Source: an uncultured Coxiellaceae bacterium | GTDB taxonomy: Bacteria; Pseudomonadota; Gammaproteobacteria; DASZBR01 | Direction of reading: 5' to 3' | DNA: 64,000 nucleotides | Assembly: GCA_964559315.1 (NCBI GenBank) | Contig: CAZLGL010000006.1 | Coordinates: forward strand, 2,683 to 66,682 | Part shown: positions 39,014 through 49,015 of the stretch, one piece after another | Numbering within the stretch: position 1 is the first letter of the stretch | How the letters are laid out: every line of letters starts with the position of its first letter | Position numbers and translations under genes: made by a program | The notes under the pieces: generated by a model | The model's database searches: none | What the model was told of the DNA's origin: nothing | Seen by the model: only the letters and a program-made list of their open reading frames with translations

Positions 39014-39477
39014 CTTTTTTGTAGCGCCTCCACAATAGATTGACCTTTTGGAGTATGGAATTTCACGGTAATTTTTCTGCCCTGCGGAGAAAAATCCAGC
39101 TGGCAACTTAGATCCGGCGACGGTAATTTGGCTAATGCTTTTTCGGGCCATTCTATTAATAAAATAGTTTTATCATCGAGATAATCCCGGATATTTAAAT
39201 TATCCATCTCGTTAGGATGATTAAGACGATACAAATCCATATGGACCATATTTACAGACGAGCCCTCATAGGTTTCGATTAACGTATAGGTAGGGCTTTT
39301 AATTTTGCCTTCCACGCCACACGCCTGCAAAAATCCTCGCACCAGCGTCGTTTTGCCCGCCCCTAATTCGCCTTGCAGGAAAATAACGCACGCTTTATTA
39401 TCAACGCACATTGCCAAGTGTTGGCCAAATTTGAGTTGTTGAGTCTCATCATGAATATCAAAAACCATGTCTCGCAT
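39010..39477 (-). CDS. tsaE: tRNA threonylcarbamoyladenosine biosynthesis protein TsaE (YjeE ATPase)
   Basis: FLQGELGAGKTTLVRGFLQACG. The start at MRDMVF gives the canonical spacing to the P-loop. tsaE-amiB synteny as in E. coli. Confidence 0.8.
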   Translation of the reverse strand: MRDMVFDIHDETQQLKFGQHLAMCVDNKACVIFLQGELGAGKTTLVRGFLQACGVEGKIKSPTYTLIETYEGSSVNMVHMDLYRLNHPNEMDNLNIRDYLDDKTILLIEWPEKALAKLPSPDLSCQLDFSPQGRKITVKFHTPKGQSIVEALQKR

Positions 39478-40161
39478 ACATTTCTCGATTGGGATACCCA
39501 ACAGTTAGGAATTCCGACGGCCAAGATTACGTCAATTACGTCGGAGATTCTAGCGGAAGCCAAACAATCGGGAATAAAATTAGTCTACTTTCAAACGCCC
39601 GAATCTGATATTAGCCAGATTAAATTAGCGAAAGAATTGAGCGGCATCTTAGTGGATAATAAAATTACGTATTTGATGTCCCTTAAAAATCTTTGTATTC
39701 CCAGTGATCCTAGCGTTAAATCTTTTGCCGCCACCATTCCATCTGAAGCATTATTAAAACTAGCTTATGAAAGCGGCTTGTATTCTCGCTTTCGAGCAGA
39801 CCCTAACTTATCCGATCAGCAATTTAAAAATATTTATAAAACCTGGATAACCAATTCAGTTAATCATACCGTTGCGAATGATGTTTTAATTATTGAAGAA
39901 GATAATCAACTACTGGGCATGGTAACAGTGGGTGATAAAAACCAACGCGGTGATATTGGATTACTGGCAGTTGCAGAATCTGCGCGCGGAAAAAATATTG
40001 GTACGCGTTTAGTAAGAGCAGCGCAGAAATATTTTATAGAAAAAAATTATTCGCATTCTCAAGTGGTTACACAACAGACAAATATTCCAGCGTGTAAGTT
40101 GTATGAAAAATGTGGGTATCATATTGAAAAGACGGAATGTTTTTTTCATTTTTGGATTTAA
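39451..40161 (+). CDS. Two-domain GNAT-family N-acetyltransferase (WecD-like architecture)
   Basis: The C-terminal GNAT core is LLGMVTVGDKNQRGDIGLLAVAESARGKNIGTRLVRAAQKYF. Start uncertain; the proposed ATG at 39451 overlaps the divergent tsaE start. Confidence 0.55.
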   Translation: MNIKNHVSHTFLDWDTQQLGIPTAKITSITSEILAEAKQSGIKLVYFQTPESDISQIKLAKELSGILVDNKITYLMSLKNLCIPSDPSVKSFAATIPSEALLKLAYESGLYSRFRADPNLSDQQFKNIYKTWITNSVNHTVANDVLIIEEDNQLLGMVTVGDKNQRGDIGLLAVAESARGKNIGTRLVRAAQKYFIEKNYSHSQVVTQQTNIPACKLYEKCGYHIEKTECFFHFWI

Positions 40162-40169
40162 TAACTATC

Positions 40170-40910
40170 ATGAACTTCATATCAAAAATCATATTTATGC
40201 TCTTGTTATTAATTTATACAACTTCAAGTTTCGCCCACGCGATCAACTGTCAGCCAGATCCCCCCACAGCAGATAGCGAATACAATTCGTTATTTCAAAA
40301 AACATCTGCACAATGGCCAAAAAAATTGCGGCTATTACTTCATCATGCAATTAACGCTAACGAAAAATTTGTTGGTACACTCTTCTCCTTTTCAGATGAA
40401 CCCGCAATTTTTGCTCCACAGTATGGCAAAGCATTTGATTTAATAAGAGATAATTGGTACAAAAATGAGTTTCTTTCATTCCAAAGTATGGTAAAAAATA
40501 GCGAAGCAGGTCTATTTCCACCAGTTGTTTCTGAAAATGAATTTGCTCAAGCGGATAAAGAGCTTAATGCGGTCTATAGCAACATTATGAATACACTTAA
40601 AATTGCAAACCGTCCCCTTGATAAGATGGATAAGTGTTCTATGAGAGCAGATCAAATAGAACCTCCACATGGTATTTTTTGCGCCGACTTACCGGATCCA
40701 AGCGAACTGAAAGAGGCTCAACGAGCGTGGATAACTTATCGCGATGCATGGGTTGCATTTGCAGCCGCACGCTATCCCTCGGTGCCAGTCATAGCCTGGA
40801 AAATGAAGCTAACACAAGAGCGCGTCGCTCACTTAAAAAAAGTTCAAGTAGCACTCCCACACTTTTTAGATTCTTCTTCGCCTGACTATGACAATGCCCT
40901 TGGCAATTAA
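40170..40910 (+). CDS. Secreted DUF1311 (LprI-like) domain protein
   Basis: Signal peptide MNFISKIIFMLLLLIYTTSSFAHA. ELKEAQRAWITYRDAWVAFAAARYPSVPVIAWK is the DUF1311 motif. Paralog of the gene at 17208-18386. Confidence 0.55.
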   Translation: MNFISKIIFMLLLLIYTTSSFAHAINCQPDPPTADSEYNSLFQKTSAQWPKKLRLLLHHAINANEKFVGTLFSFSDEPAIFAPQYGKAFDLIRDNWYKNEFLSFQSMVKNSEAGLFPPVVSENEFAQADKELNAVYSNIMNTLKIANRPLDKMDKCSMRADQIEPPHGIFCADLPDPSELKEAQRAWITYRDAWVAFAAARYPSVPVIAWKMKLTQERVAHLKKVQVALPHFLDSSSPDYDNALGN

Positions 40911-40931
40911 AAAATTAGGGTTCTCCTGCTT

Positions 40932-40998
40932 TTTTCCCCACTCCCCACGCTGCCGCGCGCCCCTCTCCCACACAGGGAAGAGGGGCTAAGTACTTTTT
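40932..40998. repeat. Left arm of ~66-bp inverted repeat flanking the DUF559 gene
   Basis: ttttccccactccccacgctgccgcgcgcccctctcccacacagggaagaggggctaagtactttt is ~94% identical to the reverse complement of 41406-41472. The arm is internally palindromic (CCCCTCTCCC / GGGAAGAGGGG). Confidence 0.8.
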
Positions 40999-41058
40999 AA
41001 TGTTGCGTTAAATTTTCAAACCATTACAATTTTCTTTTTTAATAATTAAAGGTAAGTT

Positions 41059-41418
41059 ATGAGAGAACGCTCCCGCCTTCTTCGCAAAAATCAAACTGAA
41101 GCTGAAACTACATTCTGGAATATCGTTCGTAAACAGAAATTTTATGGCTTCAGATTTCATCGCCAATATGTTCTGCATGGTTATATTCTTGATTTCGTTT
41201 GCTTTCAAAAACTATTAGTCATTGAATTTGATGGTCAACACCATTTAGAAAATAAAGGATACGATAAAATACGAGATGATTATTTAAGAGCAGGTGGATT
41301 TACTGTTTTACGATTTATGAACCGAGAATTTTTACAAGAAACTGATTATGTACTATCTAAAATCCACCAAAAAATTATTGGGCTACCAGATAAACCACGA
41401 TATTTAAAAAGTACTTAG
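41059..41418 (+). CDS. DUF559 / VSR-like PD-(D/E)XK endonuclease-domain protein
   Basis: YILDFVCFQKLLVIEFDGQHH...RDDYLRAGGFTVLRF matches DUF559. The TAG stop lies inside the right IR arm. Confidence 0.65.
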   Translation: MRERSRLLRKNQTEAETTFWNIVRKQKFYGFRFHRQYVLHGYILDFVCFQKLLVIEFDGQHHLENKGYDKIRDDYLRAGGFTVLRFMNREFLQETDYVLSKIHQKIIGLPDKPRYLKST

Positions 41419-41472
41419 CCCCTCTTCCCCGAGTGGGAGAGGGGCGCGCGGCAGCGTGGGGAGCGGGGAAAA
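41406..41472. repeat. Right arm of ~66-bp inverted repeat flanking the DUF559 gene
   Basis: aaaagtacttagcccctcttccccgagtgggagaggggcgcgcggcagcgtggggagcggggaaaa. Confidence 0.8.
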
Positions 41473-41473
41473 A

Positions 41474-42370
41474 CTACCCCTGCACCGCCAACGTTCCCGA
41501 TCGCCCTTCTATCTGTCCTTGAATAAAATTATTGACTGGAATTCTGTCAGGATGCTCTAAAAATTCTTTTGCAATATCGTCCATCTTTTTAAACACAATA
41601 TTTTTCTCTTTCAGCGCAATTAAAAACTTTTTAAACCACTGTAGTTTTGCCATGCCTTCAATTTCAGCATGCATCGTAAAAATATTGGGCAATTCGGGAT
41701 TTAATAAACTCACATAGTAATCAATTAATTTTTCTTCCGGGTATTCAGGTCGACCTAACAACTCATCCAGTGTCGGCAATGTCGTGGGAATCTGTATGGT
41801 TTTAAACACATGCCCGCGAACTTGCGGATAAAATGGATAAAGACCACGGGAATCACTGGCATATAATAAATTTGCCGCATCATATGCCGCTAAGCTATTT
41901 GAATTCGCTTGCCAACCAGCTGATCCTGCTGTTAACGGTCTTTCGTTAAAGACGTTTTGGAATTCATCACAGGCTTTTTTAAATTCTTCAAACACTTTTT
42001 CACGGGAAATTTTATGGACATTGTCTTGCCAATAAATATGGTCATAACAGTGGATACCCACTTCATGGCCCAAGGATTTAGTTTTGCGCATAATATCCGC
42101 ATGACGTTTTGCAATATGCGGACCCGGCCATAACACGCCATTTAATAACGTCTTAAATCCGTACATGGAAACCACATTACTGCGCGCGACTTTTTTTAAA
42201 AATCCGGGGCGGAAAATTCTTTTTAACGCTCGACCCGTATTATCGGGACCTAACGAAAATAAAAACGTCGCAGGAATGTTTAACTCAGAAAATAAATCTA
42301 AAAGATTAGAAACGCCGACTTTAGTACCACGCTCGGTATCAACATCTATTTTCAGCGAAAATACCGTCAT
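41474..42370 (-). CDS. arnD: ArnD-like polysaccharide-deacetylase-family enzyme (4-deoxy-4-formamido-L-arabinose-phosphoundecaprenol deformylase homolog)
   Basis: [53 protein letters not shown] aligns with the E. coli ArnD N-terminus ([20 protein letters not shown]...[21 protein letters not shown]). Confidence 0.75.
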   Translation of the reverse strand: MTVFSLKIDVDTERGTKVGVSNLLDLFSELNIPATFLFSLGPDNTGRALKRIFRPGFLKKVARSNVVSMYGFKTLLNGVLWPGPHIAKRHADIMRKTKSLGHEVGIHCYDHIYWQDNVHKISREKVFEEFKKACDEFQNVFNERPLTAGSAGWQANSNSLAAYDAANLLYASDSRGLYPFYPQVRGHVFKTIQIPTTLPTLDELLGRPEYPEEKLIDYYVSLLNPELPNIFTMHAEIEGMAKLQWFKKFLIALKEKNIVFKKMDDIAKEFLEHPDRIPVNNFIQGQIEGRSGTLAVQG

Positions 42371-43311
42371 TCGGCTTCACGTACATCTTGAACAATAAAT
42401 TTAGGGCGTGAGCGACTGTTTTGATGAATACGCCCAATGTATTCACCCATAATACCTAATCCCATTAAAACAATACCCACTAAGAAATATAAAATCGCAA
42501 ACAATGTAAATAATCCATCGGCTTCAGGTCCGACAATAATGCGGCGAATAAACATGTAAATCACAAACAAAAAACTGCCCAGTGAAATCATCATGCCCAC
42601 CAATGTAAATAATTGAAGGGGCAACAACGAAAATCCTGTCATCAAATCAAAATTAAGCCGTAATAATTTATATAAATTATATTTAGACTGCCCTGCTGCA
42701 CGATCACTGTGCTCGACTTCGACTTCTGTCGGATTCGCCGACAGCGTATACGCCAATGCAGGAATAAACGCAGAGCGTTCATACGACTGAACCATTAAAT
42801 CTACTACTTTTCGTGTGTAAGCTCTTAACATGCAACCCTGATCGGTCATCTTGATGCCCGTTAATACATAACGGATTTTATTGTTTAATTTAGACGCCCA
42901 TTTTCGAAAATTCGTATCTTGTCTATCCAAACGAATCCCACCAACAGAATCATGGCCTTTTTCAATGGCAGCTAACAATTTAGGAATTTCTTCGGGCGGA
43001 TTTTGTAAATCGGCATCGAGGGTTACAACCACTTCACCACGTGAATATTCAAATCCAGCCATCACTGCCATGTGCTGACCAAAATTGCCATTAAAATGCA
43101 CGACGCGAATTTCTTTTTCATGTTTTTCATGAAGATGATTGAGCATCTCCAGCGATTGATCACGACTGCCATCATTCACATAAATAATTTCAAATGGTTT
43201 TTTCATCGCATGACAGACTTTTAATAATCGGTCAGTTAATAATTTGAGATTATCCTGTTCGTTATAAACAGGAATCACTACACTAAGATAAATCGCGGGC
43301 TTCGATTTCAT
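42367..43311 (-). CDS. arnC: ArnC-like GT2 undecaprenyl-phosphate aminosugar transferase
   Basis: [14 protein letters not shown]...[43 protein letters not shown]...[12 protein letters not shown], then two C-terminal TM segments. Collinear with E. coli ArnC. Confidence 0.8.
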   Translation of the reverse strand: MKSKPAIYLSVVIPVYNEQDNLKLLTDRLLKVCHAMKKPFEIIYVNDGSRDQSLEMLNHLHEKHEKEIRVVHFNGNFGQHMAVMAGFEYSRGEVVVTLDADLQNPPEEIPKLLAAIEKGHDSVGGIRLDRQDTNFRKWASKLNNKIRYVLTGIKMTDQGCMLRAYTRKVVDLMVQSYERSAFIPALAYTLSANPTEVEVEHSDRAAGQSKYNLYKLLRLNFDLMTGFSLLPLQLFTLVGMMISLGSFLFVIYMFIRRIIVGPEADGLFTLFAILYFLVGIVLMGLGIMGEYIGRIHQNSRSRPKFIVQDVREAE

Positions 43312-43996
43312 TTAAGACACCATTTTCTAAAATCAAGGTTCGTTGCATTTTTTGTGCTAATTTTGGATCGTGCGTCACAATAACAAAACTGGTTCCTAAC
43401 GCTGAATTTAATTCCAGCATTAATTCATACACCGTATTGGCGGTTTTTTGATCTAAATTTCCCGTGGGCTCATCGGCTAATACACACACCGGATCCGTGA
43501 CTAACGCTCTCGCTAATGCCGTACGTTGTCGCTCTCCCCCCGATAATTCACCTAACTTATGTTTAACACGTTTCGCTAAACCGACGCGCGTTAATAAATT
43601 ATGCGCTTTTTCTTGTGCTTCGCTGGGATGCATATTGCGCAATAACAAGGGAATACAGACGTTTTCCAATACCGTAAATTCTGGTAACAAGTGATGGAAT
43701 TGGTACACAAAACCTAAATATTGATTACGCACGAGACTGCGTTCGGCATCGCTTAATTCAGACATGGATTTGCCCGCAATATAAATTTTTCCGCCGGAAG
43801 GAACATCTAATCCACCGAGCAAATGCAATAACGTACTTTTTCCTGAACCAGATTTTCCGATAATCGCAATGCGCTCAGCAGGTTTCACCGCTAAATTTAC
43901 ACGTGATAATACATCGACATACAATGCACCATCATGAAAGGTTTTCGATAAATGTTCGGCTTGTAAAACACACGCAGGTAATATTCTTTTACTCAT
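43283..43996 (-). CDS. lolD: Lipoprotein-releasing ABC transporter ATP-binding protein LolD
   Basis: Walker [13 protein letters not shown] signature LSGGERQR, Walker [12 protein letters not shown]. lolCE-lolD order. Confidence 0.8.
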   Translation of the reverse strand: MSKRILPACVLQAEHLSKTFHDGALYVDVLSRVNLAVKPAERIAIIGKSGSGKSTLLHLLGGLDVPSGGKIYIAGKSMSELSDAERSLVRNQYLGFVYQFHHLLPEFTVLENVCIPLLLRNMHPSEAQEKAHNLLTRVGLAKRVKHKLGELSGGERQRTALARALVTDPVCVLADEPTGNLDQKTANTVYELMLELNSALGTSFVIVTHDPKLAQKMQRTLILENGVLNEIEARDLS

Positions 43997-45239
43997 AACG
44001 CAATGCCTCAGCCGGTTGTGTTTTCGCGGCACGCCACGCAGGATATAAGGTTGCTAATAAACATAAAACAAACGCAACGACACACACGCGAATGACATCT
44101 GACCATAATAATTTCGACGGTAAATAATTGACGTAATACACATCCGATGCAATTAATTGGACATGAAATACATGTTGAATCATATTTACAATGCCCGTCA
44201 CATGCATGGCCAATAGCACACCCAATATTAACCCTGACAAAGTTCCCACAATACCCACGACCATACCTTGGACCATAAATATACTTAATATAGTGCGAGG
44301 TGTTGCCCCCAAGGTTCGCAAAATCGCAATATCTGCTTTTTTATCGGTAACGACCATAACAAGGGTTGAAACCAAATTAAATGCCGCCACCGCAATAATT
44401 AAAATCAACATTAAAAACATCATGGTTTTTTCTAATTTAACGGCTTGGAAAAACGCGCCGTAATCTTGCGTCCAATCGGTGATTAAATAATTCGAACTCA
44501 AATGAGATTGCAAATCCAATGCGATGGACGGTGCGGCATAAAAATCTTGTAACTTTAATTGAATGCCTGTGACACCCTTCCCTAATAAAAATAATTTTTG
44601 CGCATCACCGAGATGGATATACGCCAAACTGCTGTCATATCCAAAGCCATTACCCACATGAAAAATACCGACTATTTTAAATGCTTTAAATCGTGGCATT
44701 ACGCCTACAGGTGTAAACGTTGCACTGGGTACCACAACCGTTACTTTGTCACCTATTGTTACGCCTAAGTTTTGCGCTAATTTTTGACCAATCACAATAC
44801 CAAATCGGCCCGCTCTCAACTCATCCAAGGATCCCTGGACCATTTTGTTGGGTAATTCCGAAACATGGGACTGTTCACCCGGAAGAATGCCAAAGACTTC
44901 GACGGGATTGGTTTGCCCTTCGGCACTTAATAACCCATTACCTTGGACAAATGCCGCGGCTCCGGTCACGCCTGAATATTTTCCTAAATCAGATTCGACA
45001 GTATTCCACTCGGTCATATTTCCACTGACGGAGCGCACCGTCACTTGTTGTGCCATTGCAAAAAAGTGATCGCGAATCGCACCGTCAAAACCATTCATGA
45101 CTGACAGCACCGTAATAAGCACGGCCACGCCTAACGCGATTCCAATCATGGACGTTAGCGAAATAAACGAAATAAAATGGTTACGCCGTTTCGCACGGGT
45201 ATAACGCAAGCCAATATAAAGTGAGATGGGTCTGAACAT
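43989..45239 (-). CDS. lolC: Lipoprotein-releasing system permease LolC/LolE
   Basis: MacB/FtsX-type 4-TM permease with a large periplasmic loop. Adjacent to lolD. Confidence 0.75.
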   Translation of the reverse strand: MFRPISLYIGLRYTRAKRRNHFISFISLTSMIGIALGVAVLITVLSVMNGFDGAIRDHFFAMAQQVTVRSVSGNMTEWNTVESDLGKYSGVTGAAAFVQGNGLLSAEGQTNPVEVFGILPGEQSHVSELPNKMVQGSLDELRAGRFGIVIGQKLAQNLGVTIGDKVTVVVPSATFTPVGVMPRFKAFKIVGIFHVGNGFGYDSSLAYIHLGDAQKLFLLGKGVTGIQLKLQDFYAAPSIALDLQSHLSSNYLITDWTQDYGAFFQAVKLEKTMMFLMLILIIAVAAFNLVSTLVMVVTDKKADIAILRTLGATPRTILSIFMVQGMVVGIVGTLSGLILGVLLAMHVTGIVNMIQHVFHVQLIASDVYYVNYLPSKLLWSDVIRVCVVAFVLCLLATLYPAWRAAKTQPAEALRYE

Positions 45240-45315
45240 AGTCCGTGGATGTTACACTGAATTTTCCCCCGGTAAAAGCTCGACACCAGCGCGAATCATA
45301 GGGTATAAATAAAGC

Positions 45316-45993
45316 ATGCGAATATTACTGATTGAAGATGACAAGTCGTTAGGTTCTCTTATCCAAAAAGCCTTGGTGAAAAATGGCGACGCAGTGGATT
45401 GGATTAAAGATGGGGAAGCTGCACTGCTTGCGCTCACTAATTCGAGCAACCAATTTGATGTGGTGATTTTAGATTTAGGTCTACCCAAAATTGATGGCAT
45501 CGAAGTATTGCAAAAAGCCCGCAAAAGCGGCGTTCATACACCCGTCATGATTTTAACCGCACGCGATACCGTCGACGATCGCGTAAAAGGTCTAGACTCT
45601 GGAAGTGATGATTATTTAACCAAGCCGTTTGATCTCGACGAATTAGGTGCACGATTACGCGCATTGCAACGACGCGCAACAGCCCGCACCGAAAATAATA
45701 TTGTCTTCGAAAATATCGAATTAAATCCAGTGACCCATACCATCACCATGGATAAAAAAGTGGTCATTATTCCGCGGCGTGAATTTGCGTTAATGCAAAA
45801 ATTACTCGAAAACATTGGACATGTCGTTACGCGCGAAACACTCGCCCAAACGTTATATGGCTGGAATGAAGAAATCGACAGCAATACGTTAGAAGTTCAC
45901 ATTCATAATTTACGCACGAAATTTGGCAAAGATATTTTCAAAACGATTCGAGGTGTTGGTTATATGATTGAGAAATCCGAAAGTAAATCATGA
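45316..45993 (+). CDS. OmpR-family response regulator (PmrA/BasR/QseB-like)
   Basis: Receiver domain (DVVILDLGLPKIDG ... TARD) plus a winged-helix C-terminus. Confidence 0.8.
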   Translation: MRILLIEDDKSLGSLIQKALVKNGDAVDWIKDGEAALLALTNSSNQFDVVILDLGLPKIDGIEVLQKARKSGVHTPVMILTARDTVDDRVKGLDSGSDDYLTKPFDLDELGARLRALQRRATARTENNIVFENIELNPVTHTITMDKKVVIIPRREFALMQKLLENIGHVVTRETLAQTLYGWNEEIDSNTLEVHIHNLRTKFGKDIFKTIRGVGYMIEKSESKS

Positions 45994-47339
45994 GCGTACT
46001 TCCCCGCAATTTTTCTATTCGTAATTTCTTATTAATTTATATTCTGTGTATCACCGCCTTGATGGCCTCGTTAAGTGCCGTCGGAGATTATTTTCTCAAT
46101 CAATCCGATGTGCAAAAACACATGGACAGTGTACTAGAACAAATGGGCCTTTCGTTTCATGCCGTACTCGCCAATGTCACCGAGCCTAAAACCAGTCGCG
46201 GTCTTCAAGATCAATTCTTCAGCAGAACCAAATATGACTTTCAAGTATGGTCGAATGATAACGTCTTGATGCTTTATTCTCCGCAAACCAAAAATATTAA
46301 TTTTAATGTTGCATCAAATGGATTAACCGACATCACTATTGATAACGAGATGTGGCGTATTTTCAAAGTCATCGATGTGAATACGCACTGGACATACATC
46401 GTTGCAGAACGATACAACGCGCGAAATAAATTGTTGTGGCGAATTGGTCGAAACAATTTCTATATTTTAGCGCTTACACTCCCCTTTGCGGGATTATTAA
46501 TTTGGCTCATTGTCGGCTACGGATTTAAAAGCGTCACGCGTATCAGCAGCGAAGTCAGTAATCGCGCCCATACCTATTTAAAGCCTGTTGAACTGGAAGA
46601 AGTTCCAGAAGAAATTAAGCCATTAATTATTGAATTAAATGATTTATTTTTACGATTACATGAAGCGTTTGAACGGGAAAAACGTTTTGCCGGTGATGCG
46701 GCACATGAATTGCGTACGCCGCTTGCGGCATTAAAAACACAAGTCCAAATTGTCTTAAAAACATCTGACGAAAAAGAGCGTCATCAGTTATTGGAAAATT
46801 TAATTGTCGCGGTTGATAGAATTACGCACATTGTGCAGCAGTTATTAATCTTAAGCCGACTCGTTCCCGAAGCGGCAAGTATTTATGATTTAGTCGAAGT
46901 GGATATTCCCAAAATTGCAGCGGAAGTCATTGCGCAATTAGTTCCTATGGCCTTGGAAAAAGATATTGATATTGCATTAGACTCACCCGACAGTGTCAAA
47001 TTGAAAGCCAATTTAACGGGTTTAAGTATTTTAATTCGTAATTTAGTCGACAATGCAATTCGCTACACCCCCGAACATGGACAAGTCATTGTCGAAATTG
47101 CCGATCAACTGGAGTATGTTATTTTAAAGGTGATTGATAATGGCCCGGGAATTCCGGAAGAATTACGTGCACGGGTATTTGAGCGATTTTATCGTATGAT
47201 AGGCAACAGTGCAGCGGGAAGCGGATTAGGTCTTGCGATTGTTCAACAAATTTCGGAATTGCATCAAGCGGATATTAAATTAGCGACGCCCACCTCTGGA
47301 AAAGGACTACAAATCGAAATATGGTTACCCAAACGATAA
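45990..47339 (+). CDS. Sensor histidine kinase (PmrB/QseC-like), two TM, HAMP, HisKA, HATPase
   Basis: H-box AAHELRTPLAALK. G-boxes DNGPGIPEE and GSGLGLAIV. Overlaps the response-regulator stop. Confidence 0.8.
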   Translation: MSVLPRNFSIRNFLLIYILCITALMASLSAVGDYFLNQSDVQKHMDSVLEQMGLSFHAVLANVTEPKTSRGLQDQFFSRTKYDFQVWSNDNVLMLYSPQTKNINFNVASNGLTDITIDNEMWRIFKVIDVNTHWTYIVAERYNARNKLLWRIGRNNFYILALTLPFAGLLIWLIVGYGFKSVTRISSEVSNRAHTYLKPVELEEVPEEIKPLIIELNDLFLRLHEAFEREKRFAGDAAHELRTPLAALKTQVQIVLKTSDEKERHQLLENLIVAVDRITHIVQQLLILSRLVPEAASIYDLVEVDIPKIAAEVIAQLVPMALEKDIDIALDSPDSVKLKANLTGLSILIRNLVDNAIRYTPEHGQVIVEIADQLEYVILKVIDNGPGIPEELRARVFERFYRMIGNSAAGSGLGLAIVQQISELHQADIKLATPTSGKGLQIEIWLPKR

Positions 47340-48160
47340 AGAATGTTTTTCTTGGACTTTCACTTTCTTCTCTTTTATTTCTATCGGGTTGCGCCTCTCA
47401 TTTTGGTGATCGACCTGATGTAGAACACTTTATTCATGAAGTCGCACACAAAGACAATTTCAATGAACTTCATCTAACATATTTATTTAATGAAGTGTCT
47501 CCGCGTCCGATGGTTGTTCACAAAGAAGTCAACGCCGCAGAACATACGGCGACCTGGGAACATTACCGCTCGATTATGATTACACGTCAGCGTATTGATT
47601 TAGGCCGTGCATTTTGGCGTAAACATCGCGCGACGTTGGAACAAGCACAACGTTTATATGGTGTAGAACCTTCTGTGATAGTAGGTATCATTGGGGTTGA
47701 AACAGAATACGGCGAATACATGGGAAATTACCGCGTGATCGATTCGCTGTCGACGTTAGCGTTTAATTATCCTTCTCGCCAAGCGTTCTTTAAGAGCGAA
47801 TTAGAACAATACCTATTATTAACGCGTGAATTAAATAAAGACCCCTTAAGATTATATGGTTCGTATGCAGGCGCAATGGGATATCCGCAATTTATGCCCA
47901 GCAGTTATCGAAAATATGCCGTCAGTCAATCACCCGATCGCAAGCCAGATTTATTTGATAATCCAGACGATGCCATTTTAAGTGTCGCGAATTATTTCCA
48001 TCACATGGGTTGGTTACCCCATAAACGCGTCGCCGTTATCCTCAATAACAAAAAATGGATGGTGTATCACAACTTTAATGTCATTAAGAAATACAACAAC
48101 AGTAATTTTTACGGGATGGCGGTTTATCAATTAGGACAGATCATTCAAAAAGGACTGTAA
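47321..48160 (+). CDS. mltB: Lytic murein transglycosylase B family lipoprotein
   Basis: Lipobox LSGC. GVEPSVIVGIIGVETEYG...AGAMGYPQFMPSSYRKYAV matches the MltB active-site region. Confidence 0.7.
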   Translation: MVTQTIKNVFLGLSLSSLLFLSGCASHFGDRPDVEHFIHEVAHKDNFNELHLTYLFNEVSPRPMVVHKEVNAAEHTATWEHYRSIMITRQRIDLGRAFWRKHRATLEQAQRLYGVEPSVIVGIIGVETEYGEYMGNYRVIDSLSTLAFNYPSRQAFFKSELEQYLLLTRELNKDPLRLYGSYAGAMGYPQFMPSSYRKYAVSQSPDRKPDLFDNPDDAILSVANYFHHMGWLPHKRVAVILNNKKWMVYHNFNVIKKYNNSNFYGMAVYQLGQIIQKGL

Positions 48161-48162
48161 AA

Positions 48163-49011
48163 ATGTATTCAACATCCCATCCTAGCTCTTCTGAAAAAAC
48201 AGCTTGGTTGAAATTATCATTAGCCTTGATGTTAATTTTTATTTTTCTTTTATCTGGCTGTTCGACGTCTCACCGCCGTTATAAATATCGGCAAGATTTT
48301 GCCCCGAATTTTCATGTCGATCCAAACAGCGTTCCAAATCCTGTTCCCAAAGATGAACCGTTAAGTAAACATGGCAATCCATCATCTTATGTTGTTATGG
48401 GCAAACGGTATTACGTTTTAAAATCTGCAAAAGGTTATGATGAAACAGGTATTGCATCGTGGTATGGCATGAAATTCCATGATCATCGCACCTCGAATGG
48501 CGAAGAATATGATGTTGCTAAGATGACAGGGGCAAACAAAGTATTACCCTTGCCTACGTATGTTCAAGTCACTAATTTAAAAACGGGTAAAAAAATTATT
48601 GTCCGCATTAATGATCGCGGACCGTTTCATGAAAATAGAATTATAGATTTATCTTATGTTGCTGCTGCAAAATTAGGCATGTTGCCAACGGGTACCGCTT
48701 TAGTTGAAGTCAAAGCGATTGATCCAAATAATCCGTCTGAAACAATCTGTTCAGAACCGTCTGTACCAATTGGTGAAGGTGAAATTTACGTTCAGATTGG
48801 TGCGTTTGCGGTAGAAGATAATGCAACGCGATTAAAAGCGAAGATTCAAACGCTCACGAAATATCCTGTCATTATTCAATCGGGTGATTTACATGGCCAG
48901 CCAATATATAGAGTACAGATTGGACCTATTCCGAGTGTCGACAGCACCGATTCGCTGCATCACACACTACTTTCTATGGGATTAGGCGAACCGATGACGG
49001 TGATTAAATAA
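48163..49011 (+). CDS. rlpA: Septal ring lytic transglycosylase RlpA (DPBB + SPOR domains)
   Basis: ASWYGMKFHDHRTSNGEEYD...VTNLKTGKKIIVRINDRGPF is the DPBB domain. C-terminal SPOR domain (IYVQIGAFAVEDNATRL). Confidence 0.8.
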   Translation: MYSTSHPSSSEKTAWLKLSLALMLIFIFLLSGCSTSHRRYKYRQDFAPNFHVDPNSVPNPVPKDEPLSKHGNPSSYVVMGKRYYVLKSAKGYDETGIASWYGMKFHDHRTSNGEEYDVAKMTGANKVLPLPTYVQVTNLKTGKKIIVRINDRGPFHENRIIDLSYVAAAKLGMLPTGTALVEVKAIDPNNPSETICSEPSVPIGEGEIYVQIGAFAVEDNATRLKAKIQTLTKYPVIIQSGDLHGQPIYRVQIGPIPSVDSTDSLHHTLLSMGLGEPMTVIK

Positions 49012-49015
49012 TAAA

